Positions 47,801 to 59,553 of a DNA stretch of 64,000 nt are shown here, in pieces. The stretch is from Schizochytrium sp. TIO01 (lineage: Eukaryota; Protista; Bigyra: Labyrinthulomycetes), in contig SMSO01000032.1 of the NCBI GenBank assembly GCA_004764695.1, positions 8,278,483 to 8,342,482 on the forward strand. The letters run 5' to 3'. Below the pieces are notes generated by a model. The model was not told the origin of the DNA. It searched no databases and was given only the letters and a program-made list of their open reading frames with translations. Position 1 is the stretch's first letter. Each line of letters begins with the position of its first letter. The position numbers and the translations under genes were made by a program.

Positions 47801-48243
47801 TCTGCAAGACAATCCAAAGTATCCTTTGTCGATACACTTCATACACTCACTTTATTGCCAACGTTCTTTGGGAGCCAATCCACCTTAAAACAGCAGGAAA
47901 CAACAAAGTCGTGAGGGTAAACATCTGGAATCCTGCCAAACCCCTCTCTCTACTTTCTTGTGTACCTGCAACACTTAGCTGTGCTTGCTCGAACAGCAAA
48001 AGACAACCTTTTCAGAGCATCTCAGCTTGCTACGAGTCACCAACATAGTTAAGAAGTCCAAGCGGAACCTGCTTTTATCATTGCGCAAGGTGCCAGGGAG
48101 TTGTGACTTCCTGAAGTAGGGGGCAAAATTCGATTACCTACTTTCTTGCACATTCTGTTTTCGACAGAGCGTCTGAAGCATTGAGTCTTTTGCTCCTAAA
48201 CACGGCCCCACGATAAACAGTACTTCGTGAGGTAGTAGGGTAT

Positions 48244-50187
48244 ATGCCCTCGCCCATGTGCTCTTCCAATGGTCATCATGTAAACAGAGCTCCCCAGACA
48301 TCTAAAGTGTCAATGGCAACATCGTCTTCATCGCACAATCTGCGACCAAACCCTCAACAGCTGACCGCTTCGTGGCGAAGTGGTACATCCGACGCTCATC
48401 TTTTCGCTCCAGCTGGCGACAGTGTACCAACTCCTGCTCCTTCAGGTGCCTCATCATTGCATGATGTACGAACGCCAGGCCTTGGGGAACCATCGGATCG
48501 GGATCTAACATCGTCGTCTTCATTTGCTTCTTCAAACTTTGTTTCGTGGAGCGAAACAACAACACTAAACGAATCTGCGTCATCAACAGCAACAGCACAA
48601 CAGTTCACGCGACTCATGCAGCCATCAAGAAAGCAGAGTCACCAGCATGAGACACTGGATATTCACCAGTTTCCTGCCCAATCACAACAAAACAATCCTT
48701 TGCAGAACTTGCAAGACGCAAGCTACCATACACAATCTTTTCTTGGCGAACCTTCAGGAGTTGTTGTGCAAACACCTCTTGGTAGCAATATCCAACCATT
48801 GCCACTACACAGAGCGAAGCACGGGTTATTGAGCAACAGTATCAACCCGACCGAGTCTGGACTTAATCGACTAGTCATACCATCCTCTTCTTCGGCTGGA
48901 CTTCAACAGCAGCAAGAGTCAAAGGTTCAAACTCCCCGCGACGGAGGTGGCAACGCAAGGGAACAAGCCACTGATAGCAAACAACATCAGCAGCAGGAGG
49001 AACAGCAAGATGATCAAGAACATGACTCTGTCGCTTTACAGGCCACCATTGCGCGTATTCGGGCTCAGGGAAAGGCTGCTGCAGAAGCTGAAAGCGAACA
49101 GGATCTTCAAGAGTTGGGGTCAAAGAAAAAGAAAAATGCCCTTCAACGTGGTCCTGCCGGGTTAAAAACTGCACCACGAATTTCTGTCAAAGATTCTTTC
49201 TGGTTTCTCGACACACTGGAAACTTATCATATGGGCCAACTCTCAAATGCTGATCGGGAATATTTGCAAGGTTCTGGGCTACGGGATAAACCAAAACATC
49301 GCAATGCAGTTCTTTTTGAGGACGACTATAGTTTTATTCTTGAAGGTCGTGATCGCAAACTGACCTTTGATCCGCAAGCATTCGCCAATAGCACGTGTAG
49401 CGATAGCAGGGTGTTTTTGCTGCATGAAGCAACTCTGGAGGTTATGCTAGCATATATTGGTAGCTTACTACATGCTCCAGCAAAGAGTTGCATCTGGTCT
49501 GCATTGATGAATCGTGTGGCTCATTATCTTTATCGCAGTGGGTATGCTGACATCTATATTGAAGAGCATGTTCGAGGCGTCCAACATAAAGAGGCAACCC
49601 TCTTTCTCCAAGGATATCACATTTCTCGTTCTAATTTTACCAAGTTGTGCCGACAGCTTCTACAAAAGGAAACAGAACGTCGTCAGCGTATTATGATGGT
49701 TCATGAGCAAGATCAACGGCAACGAGACCAAATTGTACAGCAAAAGCAAAAACAAGAGCTACACTACCAGGAGCGGCAACATCATGACTTTTCAGCTCAT
49801 TACCAACAAACTCAGCAACCGCATCACTTTTATCAACACTCGCACCAAGACCGCGTGCAATCATCACAACTCCCTTTGCCCAAGTTGCAACAAGAGCAAC
49901 CACAAGAGCAACAACGGCAGCATTACAATTCTAATGACACTCAAACCCAGACAATTCAGCAACTGCAACAATTACACAACCTTCAAAGGCAGCAACAACA
50001 TCGCCAACGACAAATTCAACATATGCAGCAAATGCAGCAAATCGACGAGCATCCAGGCACATCTTTACAATACTCATGGATGCCAATGCAGGTATCGTCA
50101 TCTTCATCATCATCGTCATCATCTTCTTCAGCCGCGACATCAGCAGCCTCCTCTTCATCTTCAGCCTCGTCTTCTAGGAGACACTGA
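48244..50187 (+). CDS. Uncharacterised 647-aa Gln/His/Ser-rich nuclear-type protein with a central ~170-aa globular domain (candidate transcription regulator)
   Basis: Long ATG ORF. Disordered Ser/Gln N-terminus, basic NLS-like SKKKKN, hydrophobic/aromatic ordered block (aa ~310-480), poly-Q/H region and poly-Ser C-terminus. Candidate splice acceptor TTCTGTTTTCGACAG at 48167 upstream of the ATG. Confidence 0.8.
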   Translation: MPSPMCSSNGHHVNRAPQTSKVSMATSSSSHNLRPNPQQLTASWRSGTSDAHLFAPAGDSVPTPAPSGASSLHDVRTPGLGEPSDRDLTSSSSFASSNFVSWSETTTLNESASSTATAQQFTRLMQPSRKQSHQHETLDIHQFPAQSQQNNPLQNLQDASYHTQSFLGEPSGVVVQTPLGSNIQPLPLHRAKHGLLSNSINPTESGLNRLVIPSSSSAGLQQQQESKVQTPRDGGGNAREQATDSKQHQQQEEQQDDQEHDSVALQATIARIRAQGKAAAEAESEQDLQELGSKKKKNALQRGPAGLKTAPRISVKDSFWFLDTLETYHMGQLSNADREYLQGSGLRDKPKHRNAVLFEDDYSFILEGRDRKLTFDPQAFANSTCSDSRVFLLHEATLEVMLAYIGSLLHAPAKSCIWSALMNRVAHYLYRSGYADIYIEEHVRGVQHKEATLFLQGYHISRSNFTKLCRQLLQKETERRQRIMMVHEQDQRQRDQIVQQKQKQELHYQERQHHDFSAHYQQTQQPHHFYQHSHQDRVQSSQLPLPKLQQEQPQEQQRQHYNSNDTQTQTIQQLQQLHNLQRQQQHRQRQIQHMQQMQQIDEHPGTSLQYSWMPMQVSSSSSSSSSSSSAATSAASSSSSASSSRRH

Positions 50188-50399
50188 CCTTTGGCCAATC
50201 AGTAGGAGTTTTGGTCCTGAACAAAAGACATAGAAAATCTTTTCTTCAAAGCGATTCTGGCCATCAGTATCGCAGCCTTTGGCATCAAGGGTTTGCGATA
50301 CATGTATAAAATGTTATACAAAAATGTAGAATGAAGCGTTGCTTAAATCGGCACAATTCCATCATTTCTAAAATTTTAAGTTAGTCATCAATTTCTCTC

Positions 50400-53300
50400 T
50401 TTAGTTCGAATAGGAGCTACAAACCACTTTGCATTGATAATGATTGGTGAAATATACCACTGAAATAGAGAATTGTTCATACACAAGGTTCAAACACTTT
50501 GAAAAATCGACATCGTCGATATACTTTGAAGCCGCCATACAGCCTCGAAACTGGGTAAAGGTGAATAAATCTGAAATGAGTTTACCCAAACCTGTGAACT
50601 TACGGAGGCGCAACGAACTACAACATAAGGTTTTAAGCTTTCACACTACTCATTCGGAACTGTAATTTGGATTATCCAAATAGTAAGGTTGACGATCGGA
50701 GAAAGGCATATAGCAAGCATTTTGGACAGCTCGTAAGCATAGGGACACTGAAAGACTTTTGCATGAGTTTGTGAGCGAATGTTCCAATGAGCAGTTGGCA
50801 AGACAAGAATCAAGTGATGACATGCTTACTTCATAGCGTGAAGCTAAACGACGTAAAAAACAGTGCTTGATGATTTTCATAGAATTTCAACTCTTGTGAT
50901 AAGTCTTGAGAAAATCCTGACTGCCTCATATATAATATTAAGATTATACTCTCTATCAACATTTGTATCAAAGACCGCTTCATCACTGGTTCTTAAGCAT
51001 CTATCTTTGCTTTTCTCAAGTCGTTCGCTCGAATGGAGACTGTTGATTTCATCTCATAAATCAAATTAGCGCACGACAAAGCCCGAAATCTAGTATTGCA
51101 ATATTCTATTTCCAGTTGTGTCATTCCCAAAGTAGGCTTGGATTGCTGCAACATGAAGATTGCAAGCCAGCCTCGATAACTATGAAAGTCAAACATGCAA
51201 CTAGGAAATGACCTTGCAAATGCAATTAACAACGAATCTAAACAATTTCAATATGGACGTAAAAAGAATTAAAACAAAGTGAAGCCCGATTTATCTCAAC
51301 TTGAACAGATCCCTCAGGCTGCTTGTCATCAGGGAACTCCAACTAAGATCGTTTTTGTTCGATATAAATGTGATCAGCTAATTTAAAGTGCACGTTGTTA
51401 CCGCAACTTGATATTTGAGTGAAGGAGCTAATCACTTTTCACTTCAAAGTTAATATCTCTAAGTAAGCTCGGTCATGATGGTACTAGTTTGAATGAACAA
51501 AATGTTTAGATATGTATTAAACCCATTAAGCAATTCTCACGAAGGGATTCTTACAAAAGCGCTAGCAGTTTTACACTCCGCCAGGTTTACTAGAGACTCA
51601 ACTCCAGACTAGGTTACTGGAATATAGCTTGTCAGAAAGCTAGGGAAAAGTATTTTAACTCTGAGTCTTGAAACTATATTTGGGAATCGGATATGCCCAT
51701 ACCAAATTATATTGACAAAAACCTTTAGATAGTCTGTCTTCCGAGGTCTGAATTGCTTGGTACTACTAAATTTTAATATTTCATTAGTACAGCTTTTGTA
51801 ATTATTCGAATTATTGCTCCACACAGCAACCCCCATCCTCAATCTAGGTTCACCAATATGTCTATGTTTTTTGTATTCATATATACCTCTTTTCTTGTGT
51901 TAAGTTCAAATTTGACGAAAGCTACCTGTTGTCGACATTACTGAAAGTTGCATTTTTAATTGCTAGATTTTACCTGGTAATATGAGGGTATTATTCTTGA
52001 GATCTCAAACAGAATTTATGTGGGCTTGGCAACCTTATGCTTTGGGAGTGCGGAGACGGCTGATTCGTGCTCTTGAATGTTGCTGAGATCTCCAATCGAA
52101 GGAACTAGTGGATAAGACATTGCTAGAGTTCTTGGCGTCCTTTATGAAACCCTAGTAGACATAGGGCTTACGCTAGAGCAAGGGTAGGCAGCCAGATTCA
52201 TGTGGCTGCCGGAGTCAAGAACCAGAAGTATGAATACACATTACCTGCATCCAAGCATGGAGTAACATGAATCCATCTGTCCTGGAATTCATTCTCCAGG
52301 ATAGCACTTCGCAAACTCTTAAATTATCCTTCTTGAAGCCTTCATCAAGCCCACTGCCTGCATCATTACAGTCAGACTCGAGCTAACCAGAATCGTCTTT
52401 CAGCGAATGTCTATGTGCATATTTAATTTCTCAGCTCCCTTTCCACCCAGCCTCACGATTAGTTGAGTGATTTTTTTTATATACAAATTATAGCACCTCT
52501 GTGCGCAGCCAAAATCTTTAGAATAGCAATCTCAGCATTGTCTTTCGCTATGAACTCACAGCCAGCCCATTACTTTATTATTCTTCCATTTGATTTAATG
52601 CTACGCATTACAAATAAACAGAAAAACAAGGGCACCTAACATCACACCAGAAGCGTCTCCACGACAAGGCTATGTGCAAAGAAAAGGTGATTCTCTGTTA
52701 TATACGAATTTCAACTCTACTGAATTTCAACTCTAACCCTATCGTATAGAAATACTTTGCTCAGCTTGGAACAGTGACCGGAGAGAGTTAATTTGCCAGC
52801 TGGGGTGACTTCACCTCGTAATGTAATAGTTGCACTAAAAAATATAGAAAATGTGAACCTGGAATGAAAATAATGAGATGGCGGTAAATTTTGGCTGAAA
52901 TGGATTTTACTGTCCAAAGTATTGGGCAGATTGTTTACATTGACTCCTTGAGGTGAGAATCCTTAAGGCCTTCGCTGTTCGACATTAGGAACACAGCCTT
53001 CCTAAACTATTATTTTCTCGAGACTTGTTATAACTTGATTTATCCTGTTGTATCATCATACATATTGTTTTGCCGCAAAAAATGGGTAATTGAAACGCTG
53101 GGTTGCGCATGAAACCTATGAAAGCAACTGCAACAATAGCATATCACGAAAAAGGGCACTGACAAATGCTATATTTCTTTAAAATACTCAAACACTATCT
53201 AAAAGTCATCTAACAATCACGTTTTAAATGATACTATATCAAGTATTGGTGTGAACCCAACATGTAGTTTGTTGACTGCTATCCATCCTTTTCAAAGGAG

Positions 53301-54700
53301 GAAGAGCCTATATAAGCTTCAACAAAGGAAATAATGATTATTTCCACAGTCAGACCCACAAGATTTCTGGAAACTGAGCTAAGAGATCAATCAATTTCTT
53401 GACAGTATTGCGTGTTCTTTAGCACGTTGTTAAGCTATGTGCAGCCTAGTAACGTATTCTTATCAGCTGCTGCGAATCTGGCAGCCTGGATGCTCACTCT
53501 TGTCGAAAAGCTTTTCATTCTCAGAGATTCTTTACCGATGAAAAAAAACAAAACATGAAGAGAATCAATGCAATTGCTTAGAGACTTCAGAAGCGTAATT
53601 TCATCTATTTAAAGGTATCCATTGTTGAAACAAGAATGTATGGAGCTCCTCCAGGTGATGTTTTTGTTTTAAATCGCAGCTGGCGAAGAGAAAAAAAAAA
53701 GGGCTGATGTTTGACGCAAATTTCAAATACTCATCTCACACCCTTGTAGGTTTGTTTGATCCTCTTTTTGTAAAGACATAATTCTTCATTAAATCAAACA
53801 CCAATCATAAGAAAGTTTACACTGAAGTTTCTCATCGTCATCTTTATATCTTCTTGACTTACATTCAAAGAAAAATCACTCTTTGGGGCTTTACCAGCAC
53901 ACGAAACTAGCATGGCAATGCTAACATTAAGGATATGGCTAGAAGAAAAAACCTACACGAGGGAAGCACACACGTTTCTGGTAGAATGGCAGCAGCTGGT
54001 GTGTGAGTGACCAAATGAGTGTCAGCCATGGTATAACTCACATCTTTCGCGCCAACCATCAAAAACGACAAATCCACCCACCAATTCTGGAGCTTACTTG
54101 AGTGACAGCCATTGTGGAAGCTATTCCAGAACACATCCGTGACAACACTTAGCCAGAATCCCAGCCGTGAAGTTTCCGGACCTTAGCTAGCTTGCGTCCG
54201 AGTACTGTGATAAGGTGGTACACACCTTGCAATTCATCTTCAAAGCTATTTCGTACAGCTTTCTTGAGATTGTAAGGATGATTTTTTCACTTGGGGACTT
54301 AATTAACAGATGTTTTAGAGGGTGTTCTCTCTTAGTTTGAAAATCAGATCTTGTTTGTCGCTTTGTACTTATTGTCACTACTAGGGAGGTGATTTTTGAT
54401 TTCGCAAGTGTTTGTATTGTAACCTGACTTGCTTTTTGAATTAATAATCTTAACTCCATCATTGTAAGGCCTTCAATACAACAAGCTCCATTTGCACTAT
54501 GCAGCATATTGAGTAGCAAACTGTACAAGTGTGTTAAGCCTGATAGGGCATTATCATTTTGTCATCGCAGTGTTTTTCTGCCACCCAGGTGACTATCCGG
54601 CCGAAGGGATCATCATGTGCAGCTTCAGCACATTGTACTCTCGTTTCACCGTTTTTAGTCCACTTGACTATCAATAGTTGCTATGCTGAAGTATAAACAT
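50400..54700 (-). pseudogene. AT-rich tract with relic coding character (unidentified; weak LRR-like fragments)
   Basis: Few microsatellites. Stop-interrupted minus-strand frames, e.g. SGVESLVNLAE (~51540), KLKTL...GLGKL...VDFSKCLNL (50640-50480), ...KKAVRNSFEDELQGVYHLITVLGRKLAKVRKLHGW (~54270-54160). No family securely recognised. Confidence 0.25.
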
Positions 54701-57499
54701 CTGCCTACAACCATTCATATTTATCCCGACCAAACCTCTCTTTCCTCATATCTAGGTTTTCCTACCTATGCAGAATCTTTCAAAGTTACCAGTACTAGCC
54801 AAATCGCTCGCTCACACCGAGAACCTTTTGCTCAGGTTCAAGAGTCTAACAAACAGCAGTATTAAAGATCGTTTTAAAGCTGCATAGACTACCAAGTTTC
54901 AGCATCTACAAAGGTATATGTAAAAGGCAGAGACCTTGAATGAACACTCAGGCTAATTATCTCGAAATCAACAGGTAGGAATAATACCAGGTTGAACTCA
55001 ATGGTGAATCAAGATAGGCTTCGAGCTACTCAGACGAGGGGCAGATGGAGCACCTCGCCGAAGAGGTTGTAAGCAGCGTCAGATTTCCAGCAGCGCCCAG
55101 CTCACGAGGGCGAAGCCACAGCAGCCACCGCTGCACGTAGAATTGTCACTCGTTATAATGTTAGATTGCATTTAATCTGTGTGCTCTGGGACGTAAAATT
55201 ATCATCTTGCTACTTTCATTTGTACACTAAATAGCAAATCAGCGAATGGTTATGATGCCATTGTAAGATCTCGGCTACGATCGTAGATAGTATCACTACT
55301 ATCAAAAAGTACGCTTCTCTGATGTTGCTTTTTGTTAGAAGGGGGGATTAATATTGTACCGCTACGAGATTGAAGCAGGTTGTTGGTGCTGGTTTTCTTC
55401 TTAATGGTCTGAATTCGCTGCTTACAGAGTGCTTTGCTCATAAACACCGTGTAAATAAACTACTAATTTGTATATTGAACCGCCTGAATAGTCTCAGGCC
55501 ACCCTCAGTCGCCTCAATTCCACTCGCCAAGCTAATCTTATGATGATTTTAGCGGTCCTCCTTTTGCTTTGATTATATATAAACTACCAAAGCGTACGAA
55601 ATGCGTCCAGCGTAGCTTGAAGAAAGAATTCTAAAAAGGTAAGGATGAGGAGGTGCTCTATTCTGAAACTGCCCAATGAGACGACCCTCCAAAAGGATAG
55701 TAACATCCGCAAAAACTAACTTAATCCATGTCCAGTCTGGCAGGGGAACCTCTATCCAGTAGCTGCTACGATGAGCTTTCGATGGACTTTCCAAGGGCCA
55801 GCTTGGGGGGATTTGCGAGGTTAATGATTAAATCGAAGAAACATTGCAAGAGATCACGTTTGATTTTACGATCCCAATCGAAAATACCACTCATGGAGAT
55901 TCATGAAAGAAGGTTACTACAAGTATTTTGCAGTAAACATTCTGGGCTACGTAACTCGAATTTACGTTACTTGGTAGTAAACCGTCGGAAAACCTTTGAA
56001 TGTCCGCACAAGCCAGCGCTCTAGGTACGTTTCGCCGCGAACGAAAAACGAATTTGGTGGCGAACGGCCGCGCAAGATTTCTGCATCTGCTGCTGGTTTT
56101 GTACGACACCCCACATGGTTGTCAAGCGCTCGATTGTTTGAATGTTCTGTCTCATGTGCTGTAGTTGGCTCTGCTGTTGGAGTTGAAGACAACGTGAATA
56201 CACCCGTGAATGAACAAATGAACTAAAGAATCGGCGATCACCCCCGAAAGCAGTAGAGGTAGTTATCAAGCCCTAGTACCACAGCTTTTTTATTTTCAAT
56301 AGACTTATTCAAGTATAAAAATAAAGCACTTACTACTTACTACCTACGCTGCGCCGAGTCCAGACCGAAACGAAGTCAGAGTTGTTGCCAATTTAAATAG
56401 CCGGCAGCGAACGCAACCAGCCATAACGAGCAGGAAACATTGAAAATTCATAAAGTGGCTTGCGATAATCAATTATAGAAGCAGCCTGAGAAAAATGAGC
56501 ACGTTCCTCCTACCTTCGAGTTGCACGTGCTGCATTGTACGTGCACGCAATTATGATGTACATACAAGTTTTATTAGACCCCGCAGTGGGATTGACATCG
56601 AAAGAAGAAAGACAAAGAAATAAGAACAAACCAATTTATTTGCAAGTCTCGAGGCAAACTTGCCTCGAGTTAGGGAGCAGCAACATTGTGCCAAGCTACT
56701 ACATGGGTCTAAATTACTGTGAAGCTTAGACTTCATCTATTTACCACCATAGTTGTACCTAGCTCCTCAGGGCTGTGTACTCTTGCGTGCCTCGTGCGAA
56801 ACTTTAGAAAGGCTCGGCAGCAGCGGCTACTGGGACTGCTAATAGTACTCTGGGAAGGTGCATAAGTTTTGTGAGGAACAGCGAAGGACTCGGAAAAGCA
56901 ACAGAGCTCGACCGTCTGTTCTTCAATGAGGTATTAATTATAATTAGCCCACCTGCTGGCCGACTTGAGAAATATTATTAGAAATATGGGAATAAATGCT
57001 TCACGAGCCAGACACGGGAATGTTGCAAGCTTCGCCATGTTATAAAGATGTAAGTATTTTAGACAACGAGTATTTTCTCATGCAACCGCGAGGCCAAGTA
57101 ATTGATCATCGAACTTCGAACTCCGAGTCGAAGGAAGCTGTGCAAAGCAACATAAAGACTACAAGTTGGCTTTCTTTGATTTCTACCTACTTCCTATGAC
57201 CCTCGATGATGATGGCGGCAAAGGAAACACGGCACGAGAATCAATGTGGCGCCGAACCCATAGGGTATTCATAAAGTCGGAGTCCTTCACATTTCAGAAG
57301 AATGGCCGTCCAGGCTTGCGGTGCCGTAGGCCAGCACCGCCCAGTTCAAGTAAAAGGCACAGCACCAACCCTGGCTTGTCATGAACTCACATCGCTCACC
57401 TCCAATACAAACTTAAGAACAAAACAACATGTCGCAGTCCTTGGTCGCCTCCGAAATACAGCACATGCTCTAGACGAGCCAGCCTGCGCAACTCTTTTT

Positions 57500-57900
57500 G
57501 GGCCAGTTCCCGTGTTCCCGTCCCCCCAAAACTGCCTAGATTACCTCCTCACAAGCCCACTATAATACTGAAACAGGCACACTCGGGGGGTACAAAGGGA
57601 GTGTGTGCGAGCCAGCTGGAGACCAGCTTGAAGCGGAGCATTCTCTGATTGAAAAGCAGCATTTTGTGAAAAGGAGAAAGAAAGGAAAAGGTTGCAAAAG
57701 AAGGTGTGATGAAAGGCAGTTAGTTGGTGGAAAAAGGAGGGTAAGAATGAGGTAAAAGAAGGTCGAAGGCGGTATAATATGGGGTTTGAAAAGAGGGTGA
57801 AAGGGAAGTGAGAAATAAAAAGAAAGTGGAAAGGCGCCAGAAGGAAGGACTTTCCAAGGAAGGAGTAGTGCTAGGAGATGGGAAAGGGAAGGAATCGATC
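57500..57900 (+). promoter_or_regulatory. Putative promoter/first exon of the 59554 gene: C-rich to G/A-rich skew switch, TATAA at 57561, donor AGG|GTAAGA at 57741
   Basis: Same skew pattern as upstream of other genes here. Candidate acceptors at 58848, 59131 (with CTGAC branch at 59111) and 59545. Confidence 0.35.
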
Positions 57901-59553
57901 GCCTGCCTTCTGCTCTCTGCGGTGATGATGTGGCAGACGACTGACACAAACACTACGTACGTGCCAGGAGGCAGGATGAATGGGAGATACGCCAGTGGAG
58001 AAGTCCAGTGCAGACAGACTGCTCCAAAGGCGCGTCAGGCAGCTTGAAGGCCATTCAGGAGATGTGTAATTTAGCCAGCGACATATAACAAACAATTAAA
58101 CTTAGAAAGAAAGAAAGAAAGAAAGAAAGCACTTTTAAAAGTCCGTGAGCGAGACCTGAGATTAGGAGTTGGTTAGGAGAAACGGTAGTGAATAGGTAGT
58201 TTTTCCATTTTTGATGATAATGTTCATATTATAGCCATCATTGAAAATGAAAAGAAAATGTTGGAAGGTGAGTGAAAACAAAGAAACATATAAAAAAATG
58301 ACCACTGTGACAAGAATCATTCAAGAGTGTTTTACAGCGATATCAAACCACAATTGGTTGACTCATTGAAGTACCCTTCCACAGGCAGCGGCCCTCGCAA
58401 GCAAATTGTAAGACTTAGTTGGGAGCCTGAGGAGGCTGGGGGCCGCCGCTTGACGTCGAGTGACTGTTGCTGGTGTCACTGCACTTATTCTTTCACATCG
58501 CTCATTTTGTTTTCTTACGACTGAAGCAAAGCCCGAACTGGGCTCTCGCACGCTTTAGCAAGGCAATCTAGAGAACTTGCCGACAAAGAGCGTGTACGTG
58601 CAGCGCAAGGTGTCTGTCTGGAGTGGAACTCTTGAGCTGGCTTGTGGCAGGGTTGCAGGTGCTGCTGTTGCTGTCGTTGCAAAGCGCGCTAACATCTAAC
58701 AACAAATAAACAGAACTCCAGAGAAGAGAAAACAAACAAATAAACAAATAAGCAGCACACAACACAACTTGCACCGGCGTGGCTCAGGCTTTCTAAGAAT
58801 TCGGGCCTGCGCAAGGATTTTGATCGCCGACTTTTTCTCTTTGTGTAGAATTGGATAACTTGAGTTATAATTGTGAGCTGCCGTCTCGCCTCGGGAGCGG
58901 CTTCGAGTGCATTGGAGCGTGCATGAGCAGACCTAAACTATTTACTCTGCTCGCCAGCTGTGTCCCCCAGCAGCACCAAAAAGCAAGACTGCAAACAAGG
59001 AGCATCGTGCTTTGTGACGGCGAAATTGATCGAAAATAAACGCTGTCCGTGAGTTTTATTCGCGTGGAGTCGTGTTCTGCAACTCAAGCTTTTTGTTTTA
59101 TTCGGAACTTCTGACTGCTTCTTTCAACTAGTGAAAGTAAAGAGTTCCCCAAACCAAATACTCCATCAACGGGCCAATATCTGGCAGGACGCAGGGCCGA
59201 AATAGAGAGGCGTTGGAAATCAAGTTGCTGACTGAGAACCTGGTTGTAGTCGTTGTGACGCTTGGACTTGTTTTTCGCCTTCGTTTGGGTGATTTTCTAT
59301 CCAGGTGGCCCAGCTCGCTATCCCATAGTATTGTTACAACGAAAAATATTGCGGTGCGCTTGGGACTTAGAACATTATCAAACCTAGTGCTCAGCCCCAT
59401 TAGCAAAATCTGGCTTGCTTCCCCCCGCTTGAAGTTGTTGTTGGCCATCATTGGAAACTGCAGACCTTAAAAATAAAGCAATAGCTATAGATTACAAATC
59501 GGAGGAAAGAAAGAAACATCTGCAGATTGTTTCCTCTTCTTTTAGAAGGAAAT

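Noticed and set aside
49703-50233. 176-aa alternative-frame ORF overlapping the Q-rich gene
   Set aside because: Frame-shifted read of CAA/CAG/TCA repeats of the real CDS.
51060-51110. Minus-strand peptide NIAILDFGLCRAL resembling a kinase DFG motif
   Set aside because: Flanked by stops, with no HRD/catalytic-loop or APE motif nearby; likely chance.
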